Assembly (NCBI GenBank): GCA_964501555.1
Contig: CAZCTQ010000010.1
Location: 30,799-94,798, forward strand
Direction: 5' to 3'
Length of the DNA: 64,000 bases
Source of the DNA: an uncultured Aureispira sp.
GTDB taxonomy: Bacteria > Bacteroidota > Bacteroidia > Chitinophagales > Saprospiraceae
Shown: one piece after another, positions 62,640-64,000 of the stretch
How positions within the stretch are numbered: the first letter of the stretch is position 1
Layout: each line of letters opens with the position of its first letter
The notes under the pieces: model-generated
Databases searched by the model: none
The model's input: the letters and a program-made list of their open reading frames with translations, nothing else
Told to the model about the DNA's origin: nothing
Translations under genes and position numbers: made by a program

Positions 62640-63039
62640 TTTAAATAGATTTGATATATTAATTTAACCGTAAAATTGTCAATTATACAGACAATTTACT
62701 TATTTTGTTTTCAATAATAATTAGTTCAAGGTCCTTATTCCTTAATAAGAGGTGCAAAGATAGCACCTCTAACCCAAAAGGTTGTAATAATTGCCGGATT
62801 ATAATTGTCAGTATAATTGTGATATTGGTCAGTCACCACTTTACAAATACATTGCACGAATGGAACGTCGTAATGATTATTGCTAAGCATATTGATATTA
62901 CATCGTACACTAATGACTGGATATTATAAATAATCATATTGTATCTTTATCCACTTTATCGGAATAATATTTGTATATTTGTATTTATTTGTTGAATCTA
63001 AGTAACAGAAATTTTAATAAATTCATAAAAAACATTACA

Positions 63040-64000
63040 ATGAAGTTTAAATTAAAAAGAAGATTATATGCAATTTCAATATGCTGTTTTCTTTTATCTT
63101 TAAATATCTACGCTCAAATTCCTGAATTAAATTGGGTACAGACTTCAGGAGGAGCTTATATCGATAGAAGTGATGATATAGCTGTGGATATGAACGGCAA
63201 TGTATTTATATCCGGCCAGTATTTTCCTTCCACTGTTATAGGTAATGATACTTTGATTTACGAAAGTAATCTTAAGAGTAATTTTATAGCTAAATATGAT
63301 AATTTAGGTAATTTTAAGTGGGCTAAGCGGATTGGCGCAAGCACCAGCGACTTTCCAAACCATTTGAAGGTAGATAAATCTGGATCTAGCTATGTGGTCG
63401 GAACTTTCTCAGGCGAACAGGATTTTGGAGGAATTAGATTGATTTCCAAAAGTACATCGAATACTTCTCATGATATTTTTATAGCAAGATATAGCCCTCT
63501 TAGTAAATTATTATGGGTTCATCAAATCCAACAAGTTGACAATGGTTTTGGCCCCTATTCTTATGAGCATAATATTGATGAGGAAGGGAATTGCTATGTA
63601 ACAGGTAGCTTTACTGGAGAAATTAGTTTTGGCAATTTTACCTTAAAAAACCAATCTGGTGTAAGTGCTTTTTTGGCAAAGTATGATACTTATGGTAAGT
63701 TTTTGTGGGCAAAACAGATTGTAAGTAAACAGTGCTATATTTTAAGTGTAGCCGTTACCGTAAATGGAAGTTGCTATCTCACAGGAAAATTTCAAGGAGA
63801 ATTGGCAATTGCAAATAACATCCTTACAGCTAAAGGCGAGGAGGATTTTTTTGTTGCCAAAATGAATAACATGGGTGATCCTATATGGATACGTCAGGGA
63901 AGTGGTAGTGTTCATACCGCAGCTTTAGCTTTAGGTATTGATCCGGACGATAATTGTTATGTAGTCGGGCGTTTTAAAGGTGTGCTTAAAATTGATGAAA
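63040..64000 (+). CDS. Secreted beta-propeller repeat protein (SBBP-like), 3'-truncated by the window edge
   Basis: This ORF is not in the ORF track because it has no stop in the window. The ATG at 63040 opens a frame that stays open to 64000. It has a signal peptide (MKFKLKRRLYAISICCFLLSLNIYAQ) and repeated units of the type D..GN.Y..G.F.G...FG......G..D.F.AKY...G...W. Confidence 0.7.
   Translation, partial: MKFKLKRRLYAISICCFLLSLNIYAQIPELNWVQTSGGAYIDRSDDIAVDMNGNVFISGQYFPSTVIGNDTLIYESNLKSNFIAKYDNLGNFKWAKRIGASTSDFPNHLKVDKSGSSYVVGTFSGEQDFGGIRLISKSTSNTSHDIFIARYSPLSKLLWVHQIQQVDNGFGPYSYEHNIDEEGNCYVTGSFTGEISFGNFTLKNQSGVSAFLAKYDTYGKFLWAKQIVSKQCYILSVAVTVNGSCYLTGKFQGELAIANNILTAKGEEDFFVAKMNNMGDPIWIRQGSGSVHTAALALGIDPDDNCYVVGRFKGVLKIDE

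Noticed and set aside
1-64000. Search for mobile elements, CRISPR arrays, tRNA/rRNA genes, defence systems and toxin-antitoxin pairs
   Set aside because: I saw no transposase, integrase or recombinase-like ORF and no regularly spaced direct repeats. There is no cloverleaf-like GC-rich 75-nt island in any spacer and no nuclease/ATPase/methylase cluster. The window looks like core chromosome rather than an accessory island.

Overview
This 64 kb window looks like a chromosomal, mostly housekeeping segment of an AT-rich, Bacteroidota-like genome. Supporting signs are T9SS-type C-terminal sorting domains, an acpP-fabF-rnc block, a DUF3822-like gene next to rsmD, TAnnTTTG-type -7 boxes and little Shine-Dalgarno signal. 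I support about 45 protein-coding genes, packed tightly on both strands. They include rpoB (5'-truncated) and rpoC, prmA, folD, tsaD, rimK, acpP/fabF/rnc, fabH, two two-component systems, kup, a 1996-aa alpha-2-macroglobulin, a class A PBP, valS, arginine deiminase, a heme-copper oxidase cluster and glutaryl-CoA dehydrogenase. I found no rRNA, tRNA, CRISPR array, transposase, integrase or phage genes by eye. The most interesting locus is the four-gene heme-copper oxidase cluster at 56158-59443 (subunit II, subunit I, SCO/SenC, small membrane ORF). Its subunit I keeps all six canonical metal-ligand histidines, but the His-Tyr cross-link position reads GHTIVN (Asn instead of Tyr). Together with the gene order, this resembles the predicted sNOR (norSY-senC-orf1) nitric-oxide-reductase branch rather than an ordinary oxygen reductase. 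The second point of interest is the only large non-coding gap (50340-51384, upstream of an orphan arginine deiminase). It holds a GC-richer, terminator-flanked element of about 150 nt with long-range base pairing (candidate sRNA or leader) and a dense cluster of ATGAAAA/TTTTCAT heptamers. All family assignments come from motif recognition by eye; no database search was run.
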